Source: SAR86 cluster bacterium (GTDB lineage: Bacteria; Pseudomonadota; Gammaproteobacteria; Magnimaribacterales; TMED112). Taken from it: DNA of 64,000 bases. Location: contig CP097968.1 of NCBI GenBank assembly GCA_023703555.1, positions 842,307 through 906,306 of the forward strand. Reading direction: 5' to 3'. Each line of letters starts with the position of its first letter. Positions within the stretch are counted from its first letter, which is position 1. The translations under genes were made by a program, and so were the position numbers. The notes below the pieces were generated by a model. It was not told where the DNA came from. It did no database searches and saw only the letters and a list, made by a program, of their open reading frames with translations. This document shows, piece by piece, positions 20,108 to 29,772 of the stretch.

Positions 20108-20308
20108 CTACTTATCAAGTTTTTTTGAATTACGAATTACAAGCAAATAAATTAATTCTGGTATCCCAAATAATTGTATAACGAGTGCCATGATAAAAAT
20201 CGGGATATTTTTTCTACGTGCAGAAAACCACATTGCCAGCCCTGTAAAAACAACATCCAAGACAACTGCTGGAATTAAAAAATAAGGTGATGAGATTAAT
20301 TCTGTCAT
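20108..20308 (-). CDS. Small two-TM membrane protein (resembles DUF5652)
   Basis: 66 aa with two hydrophobic helices flanking WFSARRKN and GIPELIYLLVI. No function assignable. Confidence 0.4.
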   Translation of the reverse strand: MTELISSPYFLIPAVVLDVVFTGLAMWFSARRKNIPIFIMALVIQLFGIPELIYLLVIRNSKKLDK

Positions 20309-20312
20309 GGAC

Positions 20313-21095
20313 CTAAGAAATTATTACCTCTCCTTTAAGGTACAGCCTTGCCTTGCCTGATATTTTTACTTTGCTATCTAGAAGATGACACTCTAAATAA
20401 CCTCCTCTTGGTGATAGTTGTTTTGCTCTAAAGTGTTGCTTTGATAATATTTTTGACCAATATGTTGTGAGAAGAGCATGCGCCGAACCTGTTACTGGAT
20501 CCTCATCAATACCAATGCCTGGTCCAAACACTCTTGAAACAAAATCTACTGATAATCCCTGTGCTGATATGATTAAACCACGACAATCAAGTTTTGCAAT
20601 TGCAGAAAAATTTGGTCTGCAATTTAAAACATCAACCTCTGAATTTAGAATTAACAAATAGTCATCAATACCCCGCACTACATCAACGATTTCACTATTG
20701 ATTAATTGATTAAATTTTTGGAAGTTATCAATTTTTCTTGGATTGTCTTTAGGAAGGAAGATAGATACACCATCGTTAGTTTTCTCAGCACGCAAAATAC
20801 CCCTATTTGATTGAAAATCAATATGTGTAGCCTCTTTTTTAAGGTGATTGAAAAATATATAAGCTGAGGCCATTGTTGCATGCCCGCATAAATCCACTTC
20901 CAATTGTGGAGCAAAAAATTTTATTAAATTATTTTTGTTTGTGTTTATAAAGGCTGTTTCTGAAAGATTATGTTCAGCTGCCATTTTTTGCATCATCTCA
21001 GATGGTATTTCTTCTGAATGAAAAACTACCCCTGCTGGGTTTCCTTTAAATAACTTGTCAGTAAATGTATCAACAAAGAACACCTCTAAATCCAT
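20313..21095 (-). CDS. PhzF-family isomerase/epimerase-like protein
   Basis: 260 aa with VDTFTDKLFKGNPAGVV, SETAF, CGHAT and GSAH motifs characteristic of the PhzF/YddE family. Confidence 0.8.
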   Translation of the reverse strand: MDLEVFFVDTFTDKLFKGNPAGVVFHSEEIPSEMMQKMAAEHNLSETAFINTNKNNLIKFFAPQLEVDLCGHATMASAYIFFNHLKKEATHIDFQSNRGILRAEKTNDGVSIFLPKDNPRKIDNFQKFNQLINSEIVDVVRGIDDYLLILNSEVDVLNCRPNFSAIAKLDCRGLIISAQGLSVDFVSRVFGPGIGIDEDPVTGSAHALLTTYWSKILSKQHFRAKQLSPRGGYLECHLLDSKVKISGKARLYLKGEVIIS

Positions 21096-21267
21096 TAATC
21101 TATTTTACAAACAAATGTTTGATAGAGCTATGTAGGATAGAACTAAAGAGATCTTATGCATGCAAAACATAAACTTTTTTAAATATACTAAAACCCCACA
21201 GGAACACAAATAATATTTTGCATTCTTGTTAATTCAAACATCCTAGAGTTAAAATGCTTAATCTGCT

Positions 21268-22851
21268 ATGTCTAAATTGCTTGAAATAAAAAACTTATCT
21301 GTAGACTTTAAATTAAGAGAAAGTATTTTTAGAGCAGTTAATGATATTTCGTTTGAGATTGAAAAAAATCAAACATTGGCATTAGTTGGTGAATCAGGTT
21401 CTGGAAAATCTGTAACAGCAATGTCGATTCTTAAACTTCTTCCTTATCCAAAAGCAATGCATCCAAATGATTCAAAAATAATTTTTGAGGGAAAAAATAT
21501 TTTAGGCTTCAACAGTGAAAGACTAAGACAAGTAAGAGGAAATATTGTATCAATGATTTTTCAAGAGCCTATGACATCGTTAAATCCATTTCATCGAGTT
21601 GGTGATCAAATAATCGAAGCCATTATCACTCATAATAAAATCTCTAAAAAAGAAGCAAAAAATAAGGCGTTTGAATTATTAGAACTTGTTGAGATTCCAG
21701 ATCTCTCAAGAAGGTTTAAATCATTTCCTCATGAACTTTCAGGAGGCCAAAGACAAAGAGTCATGATTGCTATGGCTCTAGTCAATAATCCAAAACTCCT
21801 CATTGCTGATGAACCTACAACTGCGTTAGATGTAACAATTCAGGCACAAATACTTGATTTAATGTCTAAACTTCAAAAAGAATTTGGCATGTCCATTCTT
21901 TTCATTACTCATGATCTAGGTCTTGTTGATAAATTCTCTGACAAAGTAGCAGTGATGAAAGAGGGAAGGATTGTTGAAATAGGTGAAACAAAAAAAGTCT
22001 TTACGAATCCCAAAGAAGCATATACCAAACTTCTACTTGCATCGATTCCAAAAGAAAAAACTAAGATAGAATCAGAGCCACAACCTTTAGTTGAGATAAG
22101 TGATCTTGATGTTTTCTATAGAATTGAGTCACAAAATATTTTTAAAGAAAATTATTTTCATGCAGTAAAAAATATAAATCTTAAAATTAATAAAAAAACT
22201 ACTATTGGTCTCGTTGGAGAATCTGGTTCGGGTAAATCAACACTCGGAAGAGCTATAGCAAATTTACTTCCTTACAAAGGTTCAGTTTTTTTTGATGGGA
22301 AAGAAATTTCATCATTTAAAGATCGTAGCATCAGAAAAGATATCCAAATCATTTTCCAAGATCCTTATGGATCACTATCACCAAGACTTACTGTGGGCGA
22401 TATCGTTGGAGAAGGCCTAGATATTCATATGAATTTAAGCAAACAAGAACGAAATGAGCAGATAGAGCAAACTATGCTAGAGGTTGAGCTTGATCCCAAG
22501 TATAGATTCAAATATCCACATGAGTTTTCAGGAGGTCAAAGGCAAAGAATAGCTATAGCTAGATCAATAATACTTAAACCTAAATTTATCATTTTAGATG
22601 AACCTACTTCAGCTTTAGATAGGTCTATTCAGATTCAAATCATTGATTTACTTAAGTCGCTTCAAGAAAAGTACAATTTAACTTATTTATTTATTAGTCA
22701 CGATTTGAAAGTGATAAGAGCAATGTCTGACATAATTCTTGTAATGCAAAATGGTGAAATGGTTGAAGAAGGCGATGCAAGATCTATTTTTGAAAAACCT
22801 AAAGATGAATATACAAGAGAGCTTTTATCTGCCGCAATTAAATATTCTTAA
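21268..22851 (+). CDS. Peptide-type ABC transporter ATP-binding protein, fused double ATPase (YejF/GsiA-like)
   Basis: 527 aa with two Walker A (GESGSGKS twice) and two signature motifs (LSGGQRQR twice). Convergent with the cognate permease genes. Confidence 0.9.
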   Translation: MSKLLEIKNLSVDFKLRESIFRAVNDISFEIEKNQTLALVGESGSGKSVTAMSILKLLPYPKAMHPNDSKIIFEGKNILGFNSERLRQVRGNIVSMIFQEPMTSLNPFHRVGDQIIEAIITHNKISKKEAKNKAFELLELVEIPDLSRRFKSFPHELSGGQRQRVMIAMALVNNPKLLIADEPTTALDVTIQAQILDLMSKLQKEFGMSILFITHDLGLVDKFSDKVAVMKEGRIVEIGETKKVFTNPKEAYTKLLLASIPKEKTKIESEPQPLVEISDLDVFYRIESQNIFKENYFHAVKNINLKINKKTTIGLVGESGSGKSTLGRAIANLLPYKGSVFFDGKEISSFKDRSIRKDIQIIFQDPYGSLSPRLTVGDIVGEGLDIHMNLSKQERNEQIEQTMLEVELDPKYRFKYPHEFSGGQRQRIAIARSIILKPKFIILDEPTSALDRSIQIQIIDLLKSLQEKYNLTYLFISHDLKVIRAMSDIILVMQNGEMVEEGDARSIFEKPKDEYTRELLSAAIKYS

Positions 22852-22853
22852 AT

Positions 22854-23705
22854 TTAATCTGAAGAGGTTTTTGGATCCAAAGCATCTCTAAGACCATCAC
22901 CAAAAAAGTTTAAGGAAAATAATGTAATGGTAAAAGTAATTCCAGGAAAAACTAACAACCACCAATATTCTTCCATAGATTCAACCCCATATCTTATCAA
23001 TGTTCCCCAACTGCTCATTGGAGGCTGAATCCCCAAACCTAAAAAACTTAAAAAAGCCTCTAGGAGCATAACCTGAGGAATGGTTAAAGTTGCATAGACT
23101 GCAATTGGTCCTAAAACATTTGGAAAGATATGTCTTCTGAACATATAAAAGTTTGACACTCCCATTGCTTTTGCTGAAAGGACATATTCTTGGTTTTTTA
23201 TACTTAATACCTGTCCCCTTATTATTCTTGCCATTGTTAACCATTCAACAGCTCCAATTGCTCCAAAAAGAAGCCAGATGTTTCTACCAAAAACAACCAT
23301 TAACAAAATGATGAAGATTATGAAAGGCAAACCATATAAAATATCAACTATCCTCATCATCACAGCATCAACTTTCCCCCCGAAATAGCCAGAAACAATC
23401 CCCCAAGTAACTCCTATAACCAAAGCTACAGCTGTTGCTACAAAACCTACCATTAAAGACACTCTGGAACCGTAAAGAAGCCTACTAAGAAGATCCCTTC
23501 CTAAAGTATCAGTGCCCAGCAAATAAGCGCTCGAAGGTGCTGATGCTCCAAGCTCTAAATTTTGATAATCATATGGGTACGGTGAAATAACTGGGGCTAA
23601 AATAGCTAAAATAATTAACGATATGAGAATAAATACTCCAAACATTGCTGCTCTGTTTTTTAAAAGCTTTCTTAGAGCATCAGACCACAACGAAGAATTA
23701 CTCAT
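22854..23705 (-). CDS. Peptide ABC transporter permease (OppC/DppC-like)
   Basis: 283 aa, multi-TM, with an N-terminal OppC-type segment and an EAA-like loop (AKAMGVSNFYMFRRHIFPN). Confidence 0.85.
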   Translation of the reverse strand: MSNSSLWSDALRKLLKNRAAMFGVFILISLIILAILAPVISPYPYDYQNLELGASAPSSAYLLGTDTLGRDLLSRLLYGSRVSLMVGFVATAVALVIGVTWGIVSGYFGGKVDAVMMRIVDILYGLPFIIFIILLMVVFGRNIWLLFGAIGAVEWLTMARIIRGQVLSIKNQEYVLSAKAMGVSNFYMFRRHIFPNVLGPIAVYATLTIPQVMLLEAFLSFLGLGIQPPMSSWGTLIRYGVESMEEYWWLLVFPGITFTITLFSLNFFGDGLRDALDPKTSSD

Positions 23706-24622
23706 GAATCTCTCGCTCTAGGATTCAAAATTAAAACTAATATATCTGAAACTAAATTAAAAAAAATAATCATTGCAGAGAAAAATATTGTTGTGCCAAG
23801 TATCATTGTGTAATCACGATTGAACGCAGCTTCTACATAAAATTTTCCTAAACCAGGAATTTGAAAAATTGTTTCAACTACAAAAGAACCAGCTAATAGG
23901 CCGGCAATAGCTGGTCCTAAAAAAGACACAACAGGTAAAATACCACCCTGCAAAGCATGATTAATTACAACCTTTGTTTCAGTAAGTCCTTTCGCTCTAG
24001 CAGTTCTGATAAAGTCTTGGCCCAATATTTCTATCATCCCACCCCTTCCAAGTCTGGCAATATATGCAGCATAAGCAGCACCCAAAGTAATAGAGGGAAG
24101 GATTTTATCACCAGGAAGTGTATCCCAACCTGACACTGGAAGAAGTTCTAAATAAATGCCAAAGATAAGAACTAAGAAAGGTCCTAATAGGAATGTAGGC
24201 ACACATATGCCAAGCATTGCAATTGCCATTGGGAAATAATCAAGGAAGGTATTTCTTTTTAGTGCTGCAATTGTTCCGGCCAAAAGACCTATGAGAAGCG
24301 CAAATAATATTGCATAGAAGGCTAGCTCAAAGGTTACAGGCAGTCCAGTAGATATCATTTCAGTCACTGTTCTTCCTGGATATCGAAAAGACGGACCAAA
24401 ATCTCCAACTAATACATTAGAAAAATAATCATAGAATTGTTCATATATAGGTGCGTTGAGGTTGTAGACTTCATTAAGATTATCAATGACCTCTTGAGGA
24501 AGTTTTTTTTCTGCATCAAATGGCCCTCCCGGGGCTAGCCTCGTAAGAAAGAAAGTTATGCTAGCAACAACAATTAATACTGGGATTGCGATCAGAATCC
24601 TTCTAAGAATTATTCCAATCAT
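23702..24622 (-). CDS. Peptide ABC transporter permease (OppB/DppB-like)
   Basis: 306 aa, starting MIGIILRRILIAIPVL... with the loop IRTARAKGLTETKVVINHALQ, typical of OppB/DppB. Confidence 0.85.
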   Translation of the reverse strand: MIGIILRRILIAIPVLIVVASITFFLTRLAPGGPFDAEKKLPQEVIDNLNEVYNLNAPIYEQFYDYFSNVLVGDFGPSFRYPGRTVTEMISTGLPVTFELAFYAILFALLIGLLAGTIAALKRNTFLDYFPMAIAMLGICVPTFLLGPFLVLIFGIYLELLPVSGWDTLPGDKILPSITLGAAYAAYIARLGRGGMIEILGQDFIRTARAKGLTETKVVINHALQGGILPVVSFLGPAIAGLLAGSFVVETIFQIPGLGKFYVEAAFNRDYTMILGTTIFFSAMIIFFNLVSDILVLILNPRARDS

Positions 24623-24626
24623 TAAA

Positions 24627-26240
24627 TTAGTCTCTCTCTAGATAAACAAATTTTGGATGATGATGGTCAAGAATGTTTGCGTCCCAACCTTTGACATCTG
24701 GATGTATTTGAAATTGCTTTACATAGGTATAGATTGGAATTAGTGGCATCTCATCTATTAATATTCGCTCTGCCTCCATCAGCTTTTTATACCTTTCTTC
24801 TTGGTCCGAAGTTTTATTTGCTTCAGCAACTAATTTCTCATACTCATAATTTGTCCAACCTGTCTGATTGTTTCCTCTGCCTGGTCTCATTATTTCAAGG
24901 AATGTATTAGGGTCTTGATAGTCTCCAATCCATCCAGCTCTAGAAATTTGATAATCTAAATTATCTTGTCTACTTAAATAAACTTTCCAATCGGTATTAT
25001 AGATTTCAACATTAATACCTAAATTCACTTTCCACATTTGTTGAATTGCTTCAGCTATTTTCCTATGGCCCTCTTGCGTATTGAATAAAATTTCAATTGT
25101 GGGAAATCCTTCTCCATTTGGGTAACCAGCTTCCGTTAATAATTCTTTACCCTTCTCTGGATTAAATTCAACTACCGTATCTGGATAATATTCAGAAGTT
25201 CCAGGAGGGGTAAATGAATATGCAGTTTTTTGTCCACATTTAGATACTTTTTCAACAATTAGTTTTCTGTTAATTCCCATTGCCAAAGCTTTTCTTACCC
25301 TAGAATCTGATAGATGTGGCAAAGTGGTATTTACTCTGTAGTAGTAAGTGCCCATATATGGGTCAATTCTTAAAGAGGGGTTTTTATTCTCTAAGTAAAC
25401 AGGACACTTCTCTTGTGGTACTACATTTGTGACATGAAGAGCACCTGCTCTAAACATTCTATCTTCAGTAGATTCATTTTGTATTGGATAGTAATGAATT
25501 TCATTTAGTTTTACTCTATCTGCATCCCAGTAATATTCATTTTTTTCTACGACAATCTTCTTATTAAGTTCCCAGCTTTTTAATTTCATTGGACCGTTAC
25601 AAACATGGTTGCCTGGTCTTGTCCATTTCATGCTTCTATCATCTATTTCCCCAAATTTTAAAACTGTTTCTTTATGTACTGGCCATGTCGAGTAATGAGC
25701 TAGAAGACCAACAAAAAAAGGTGTTTGATTTTCTAGTTCAACTTCAAGTTCATAATCTGAAATTGCCTTTACTCCAACCTCAGAAAAATCGTCAATCTTA
25801 CCGTCATAAAACTCTTTTGCATTCTTGACGTAGAAGAGCATTTCCGAATACTGCGAACCAAGGGTTGGGGTTAAGGCTCTTTGCCATGACCAAACAAAAT
25901 CTTCAGGTGTAACACGATCACCATTTGACCATCTAGCATTTGGATTAAAACTAAAGACGTATGTTTTTTGGTCCTCTTTGAGAGTCCAACTTTGTGCAAC
26001 TCCAGGCAAGTTTTCTCTACCACCTTTTGGATCGGTTATTGTAAGACCCTCACAAACACCAATTAAAATATGATGTTCTGGTACGCCTGTAACAATATGT
26101 GGGTCAATGCCCTGTGGCTCGCTACCATTTCCCCAATGTAAAATTTGATTTTCCAGCCCTTCTTCAACTGGAGTTTTCCCACTTGAGCAACTGGCTAATA
26201 TAAATATAGATAAAATAGAGATGAAATTTTTCATAACCAA
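24627..26240 (-). CDS. Peptide ABC transporter substrate-binding lipoprotein (SBP family 5)
   Basis: 537 aa with lipobox ILASC and family-5 SBP length and motifs (WSNGDRVTPEDFVWSW). Confidence 0.85.
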   Translation of the reverse strand: MVMKNFISILSIFILASCSSGKTPVEEGLENQILHWGNGSEPQGIDPHIVTGVPEHHILIGVCEGLTITDPKGGRENLPGVAQSWTLKEDQKTYVFSFNPNARWSNGDRVTPEDFVWSWQRALTPTLGSQYSEMLFYVKNAKEFYDGKIDDFSEVGVKAISDYELEVELENQTPFFVGLLAHYSTWPVHKETVLKFGEIDDRSMKWTRPGNHVCNGPMKLKSWELNKKIVVEKNEYYWDADRVKLNEIHYYPIQNESTEDRMFRAGALHVTNVVPQEKCPVYLENKNPSLRIDPYMGTYYYRVNTTLPHLSDSRVRKALAMGINRKLIVEKVSKCGQKTAYSFTPPGTSEYYPDTVVEFNPEKGKELLTEAGYPNGEGFPTIEILFNTQEGHRKIAEAIQQMWKVNLGINVEIYNTDWKVYLSRQDNLDYQISRAGWIGDYQDPNTFLEIMRPGRGNNQTGWTNYEYEKLVAEANKTSDQEERYKKLMEAERILIDEMPLIPIYTYVKQFQIHPDVKGWDANILDHHHPKFVYLERD

Positions 26241-26367
26241 AGATTAAACTCTTATTGTCTAAGTATCAATCAAGGAAATACTTTTAATTTAGTTAAAGGT
26301 ACTTACCACTTTTTCTTTAAAATCATCTAATCGCACAGTTGCAAAAATTCATTCACAACTAACTGAG

Positions 26368-26443
26368 TGGTGGAGCTATGCGGGATCGAACCGCAGACCT
26401 CCTGCGTGCAAAGCAGGCGCTCTCCCAGCTGAGCTATAGCCCC
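26368..26443 (-). tRNA. tRNA-Ala (anticodon UGC), CCA encoded
   Basis: Reverse complement reads GGGGCTATAGCTCAGCTGGGAGAGCGCCTGCTTTGCACGCAGGAGGTCTGCGGTTCGATCCCGCATAGCTCCACCA. It folds as a perfect cloverleaf with the G3:U70 Ala identity pair and anticodon loop CT-TGC-AC. Confidence 0.97.
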
Positions 26444-26482
26444 AAAGAATGAAATCATATCTAGGTATCAGAGAAATTTCAA

Positions 26483-26722
26483 CTAATCTTTATCTCTTGG
26501 ATCGTCTGAAAGCTTTTGACCTAGAAACCTTGAAAACGGTGAAATTAAAAAAATAATGGGCGTTCCAACCGACCAAGCCAACATCCATGCACTTATCCAT
26601 GAACTTAGTTTCGGAGGAAATTCATTTGTGTTTAATGATGTTATGAAAAAGCTTACCAACCCAGTTGCAATAGTCACTAATACGAGGGTAGATATTACAT
26701 ATGCTACTGTAAAATTTTTCAC
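26483..26722 (-). CDS. Small membrane protein (DUF2798-like)
   Basis: 79 aa with two TM helices and W-rich SAWMLAWSVGTPIIF. The family call comes from pattern memory only. Confidence 0.4.
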   Translation of the reverse strand: MKNFTVAYVISTLVLVTIATGLVSFFITSLNTNEFPPKLSSWISAWMLAWSVGTPIIFLISPFSRFLGQKLSDDPRDKD

Positions 26723-27160
26723 TTATTTAAAAAGGAAATATAGTGATATGGCAAGCAATGAAAGTTGATATTTAAATTCCTGCCACTGCTGCTCCCAAAG
26801 GTCAATATGCAGAAAATAAATTATTATAACCATGGTAATAGTTGCCAAAAAACCTCCCAAGGTCGATAGGGTTTTCGCAGATGCTCCAAGAAAGGAAAGC
26901 CCTCCCAGAAGAATACATGCGGGTATTATTATTGCTTCACTAATGGCAGCGACCCAAGAGAAGAAAATAGGAAAAGACTCAAAAAAAGCCATCCCAGTGA
27001 CTATTTCAAGTGGCATTGAAGGATTTTCACTTAGAAATAATACCTTCCCTTGGCCATGTGTAAACATGAGAAGTGAGAATATTATCCTCAATGACCACTC
27101 TGAAATAATACTAAATCTGGAATTCGAAATATTTCCAATTAATTCATTGACTGAGGACAT
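26723..27160 (-). CDS. DoxX-like four-TM membrane protein
   Basis: 145 aa with LRIIFSLLMFTHGQGKV (the DoxX H-G-x-x-K pattern) and four hydrophobic segments. Its stop abuts the downstream start. Confidence 0.45.
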   Translation of the reverse strand: MSSVNELIGNISNSRFSIISEWSLRIIFSLLMFTHGQGKVLFLSENPSMPLEIVTGMAFFESFPIFFSWVAAISEAIIIPACILLGGLSFLGASAKTLSTLGGFLATITMVIIIYFLHIDLWEQQWQEFKYQLSLLAISLYFLFK

Positions 27161-27202
27161 ATAAAAATATTAAGTTGTTTTGGAAATTAAAGCTATGAAT
27201 TC

Positions 27203-27607
27203 TTAGTCTACGAAGTGTTTTTCTTTTTCTTCGTTAATAATTTTTACTTCAGCACAATATTCTGCCGTAGGTCTTGAGATAAGACGCTCAAGTCCAATTT
27301 TTTCACCTGTTTCAACACAAAAACCATAGTCTCCTTTTTTGATGCGCATAATAGCTTTATCAATTTTAGGTAAGAGCTTTGACTCTCTTTCAACAATTCT
27401 TAAAAAAAGCATAGAATCAATCTCGTGCTGTGCTCTATCAACTTCATCACTGCAGTCTGGAGGATTACTTAATCTATTTTTTGCATCTTTAATGTGGCCA
27501 AGGGTCTCTAGTTTTAGCTCCTCTAAGAGAATTTTAAAGAACTCTAACTGCTCTTTATTCATATAGTTTTTCTTTGGAGCTTTTAAAATTTTTTCTTTTG
27601 TTAACAT
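27203..27607 (-). CDS. dksA: RNA polymerase-binding transcription factor DksA, C2 (zinc-independent, DksA2-like) variant
   Basis: 134 aa with coiled-coil tip DEVDRAQHE (DxxDxA). The C-terminal region FCVETGEKIGLERLISRPTAEYCAEVK aligns to E. coli [26 protein letters not shown] but keeps only 2 of the 4 Cys (CxxT...CxxV). Confidence 0.85.
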   Translation of the reverse strand: MLTKEKILKAPKKNYMNKEQLEFFKILLEELKLETLGHIKDAKNRLSNPPDCSDEVDRAQHEIDSMLFLRIVERESKLLPKIDKAIMRIKKGDYGFCVETGEKIGLERLISRPTAEYCAEVKIINEEKEKHFVD

Positions 27608-27666
27608 GATGAGGATGTAATTTTATGGGAGTGGATGAATATTTCAACTAAATAACGAACTTATTT

Positions 27667-28905
27667 CTATTTTTTTACAATTTCGACACGATTTGCAATT
27701 CTTATTCCAATAAATACAAGAATTCCTGCTAATGGAAGCATTAATAACGGTGCTGCATAAAGAATAATTCCAAAAGAGATGATCATATTAAATAAGATTC
27801 CACCAGAGGCATCGCCAGAACGATTAATAAGCGTATCTATAATCACAGTAGATTTATATTTTTCAGTTTTACTTAAAGTTGTATAAGCAACTTCTCTTGC
27901 CGGTTTGTTTAATCCATATTCATAGGGTCTTTGAAATAAAGATATTATGTAAAAAAGAATTATTCCCGATGCTGGCAAAAGTAATTGACTAAAGTGAAGA
28001 GACATAAGAGTAAAAGAAATCGCGAAAAATACGCCATACAAGCCCAATACAAAGCTAAGACCTAGACGTTTGTTGGTCAAAATTAGTATAGAAGATGCCT
28101 GGAAAAAAAGTGTTAAAGGTAAGACGATGTTATCTGCAAATGAAAAAATTTGAACTTTTCTACTAGTGTCTTCTGTGTAAGCATTAATTATTTCAAGATT
28201 AAAAAAATAAAGTGCAGTTGATAAACAAGTCCAAAAAAAACCATAAGAAACTAAATACTGAATATTTCTGTTTAAACGAATCTGCTTAAACTGCTCAAAA
28301 ACCTGTTCCATCAAAATTCCAATGTTTGCTTTAGCTGAAACTTTTTTGGGAGACAATTTTGAGGAAAAGAACATTGCACATCCTAATGAGACTGCTGATA
28401 ATCCAATTGATACCTCTTCGCCCTGGTCATAAAGAAAATTAGTAACTAAAATACCAGCCAACCATCCACCAAAAGTCCCAAAAGCACTAATTATTCCATA
28501 GTTTCTTTTTCCCTCCTCTTTGTCAAAACAATTAATCGTTCTAGCCCAAAAAACTGCAACCACGAAAAAATTAAAGATGTTATACCAGACATAAAAACTT
28601 GCTCTCAATATAAAACTATCAGGATATACCTGATAGCAAAGCAAAAATATAAACATATTGATAAGTAGGAATGAGTAGACATACGTTACAATTCTGTTTT
28701 CTTGAACTTTGGAGACCGTATATGAATAAATTAAGTTTGCTGCCACCATCACCAAAACAATGAGAACTAAATACATAGGCAAATTTTGTGTGCCAATATC
28801 AGCAGCAATAGCACTTCTAAACGGACGTGTTATAAATAAAGAGAATAGAACAAAGAAAAAAAATAGTCCTGAAAAAATGGTATTTTTAGAGAATGCACGA
28901 AACAT
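27667..28905 (-). CDS. Multi-pass transporter, TLC/Npt-like (ATP:ADP antiporter-like MFS)
   Basis: 412 aa with about 11-12 TM segments. ASFYVWYNIFNFFVVAVFWARTN and KPAREVAYTTLSKTEKYKSTVIIDTLINRSGDASGG resemble signature regions of the nucleotide translocase (TLC) family. Transporter is confident. The family and substrate are tentative. Confidence 0.5.
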   Translation of the reverse strand: MFRAFSKNTIFSGLFFFFVLFSLFITRPFRSAIAADIGTQNLPMYLVLIVLVMVAANLIYSYTVSKVQENRIVTYVYSFLLINMFIFLLCYQVYPDSFILRASFYVWYNIFNFFVVAVFWARTINCFDKEEGKRNYGIISAFGTFGGWLAGILVTNFLYDQGEEVSIGLSAVSLGCAMFFSSKLSPKKVSAKANIGILMEQVFEQFKQIRLNRNIQYLVSYGFFWTCLSTALYFFNLEIINAYTEDTSRKVQIFSFADNIVLPLTLFFQASSILILTNKRLGLSFVLGLYGVFFAISFTLMSLHFSQLLLPASGIILFYIISLFQRPYEYGLNKPAREVAYTTLSKTEKYKSTVIIDTLINRSGDASGGILFNMIISFGIILYAAPLLMLPLAGILVFIGIRIANRVEIVKK

Positions 28906-28925
28906 TTTTATTTTCCAATCGAGCC

Positions 28926-29738
28926 TTATTTTTCATCAAGGCTTTGAAACTTTTTAGATAGCTCGTCCTGTTGGCTAAGATTGTAATTAAAATCTATTAA
29001 AGCTCCTTCCCAATCTCCATACACAGGATTCGGAAGCATAAACCAAAAATTTCCCCAGTGAGAATCATATTTTTTAAAGATGTCGTTGCGCTCTATAACA
29101 CTTAAATTATTTTCTTCTGCCCCAACAAAATCACCAAGATTATCTCCAATTATCATTACAATCCTATATTTTTCTGCAATCCTTTGAATTCTTGAGTTTT
29201 TGTTTCGATCCCAGCCTTCTTGCTCATAACGCATTAAAAGTTGATCAATATTTTCTGAAAAAGTAAAGCCTAGCTGCTCAAGATTATTTTTTGTTGCTTC
29301 TTCAATTTCAACCACTCTGTTAGTTACAAAAAAGATTTCTAATCCAAGAGATATTGCATATCTTAGATATTCTTCAGCACCCTCAATATAATCAGCTTTC
29401 TCCTCTTTAGCCCAACTAATCCAGCCATCAGGATATGCAGATCGTTTTTTAATCATACGTGCTTGGTATGCAATATTGTTTAAAACAGTTTGATCAACAT
29501 CTAAGATAACTGCTGGTGGCTTTCCAGAATAATCAGTTTTTTGAACCAAAGCGGCTGTGTGACTTTTATCAGCAATTAAAGTAGGCAGCCTAGACATTGC
29601 AGCCCTATAGATGCTAGTGGTATTTGCCTTATACTCAGCAGAACTTTGTATGTAAAGTGTTCCAAGCAGGGATTCTTCTTCAAGATATTCAGTACTTAAA
29701 ACAAAAGAAAAAAATATTAAAGTTAGAAATCTTCCCAT
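28926..29738 (-). CDS. Class C acid phosphatase / 5'-nucleotidase, e(P4) family (HAD superfamily), secreted
   Basis: 270 aa with a signal peptide and the class C bipartite DDDD motif: AVILDVDQTVLNN ... FFVTNR ... IGDNLGDF. Confidence 0.8.
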   Translation of the reverse strand: MGRFLTLIFFSFVLSTEYLEEESLLGTLYIQSSAEYKANTTSIYRAAMSRLPTLIADKSHTAALVQKTDYSGKPPAVILDVDQTVLNNIAYQARMIKKRSAYPDGWISWAKEEKADYIEGAEEYLRYAISLGLEIFFVTNRVVEIEEATKNNLEQLGFTFSENIDQLLMRYEQEGWDRNKNSRIQRIAEKYRIVMIIGDNLGDFVGAEENNLSVIERNDIFKKYDSHWGNFWFMLPNPVYGDWEGALIDFNYNLSQQDELSKKFQSLDEK

Positions 29739-29772
29739 TTTGGTATTTTACATTGTATTTAACACAAGGTTA

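Noticed and set aside
21096-21267. The largest intergenic region (172 nt), examined for an sRNA, small ORF or regulatory structure.
   Set aside because: I found only trivial mini-ORFs of 6-7 codons and no stable hairpin or repeat. It is most simply the divergent promoter region for phzF-family and the ABC ATPase.
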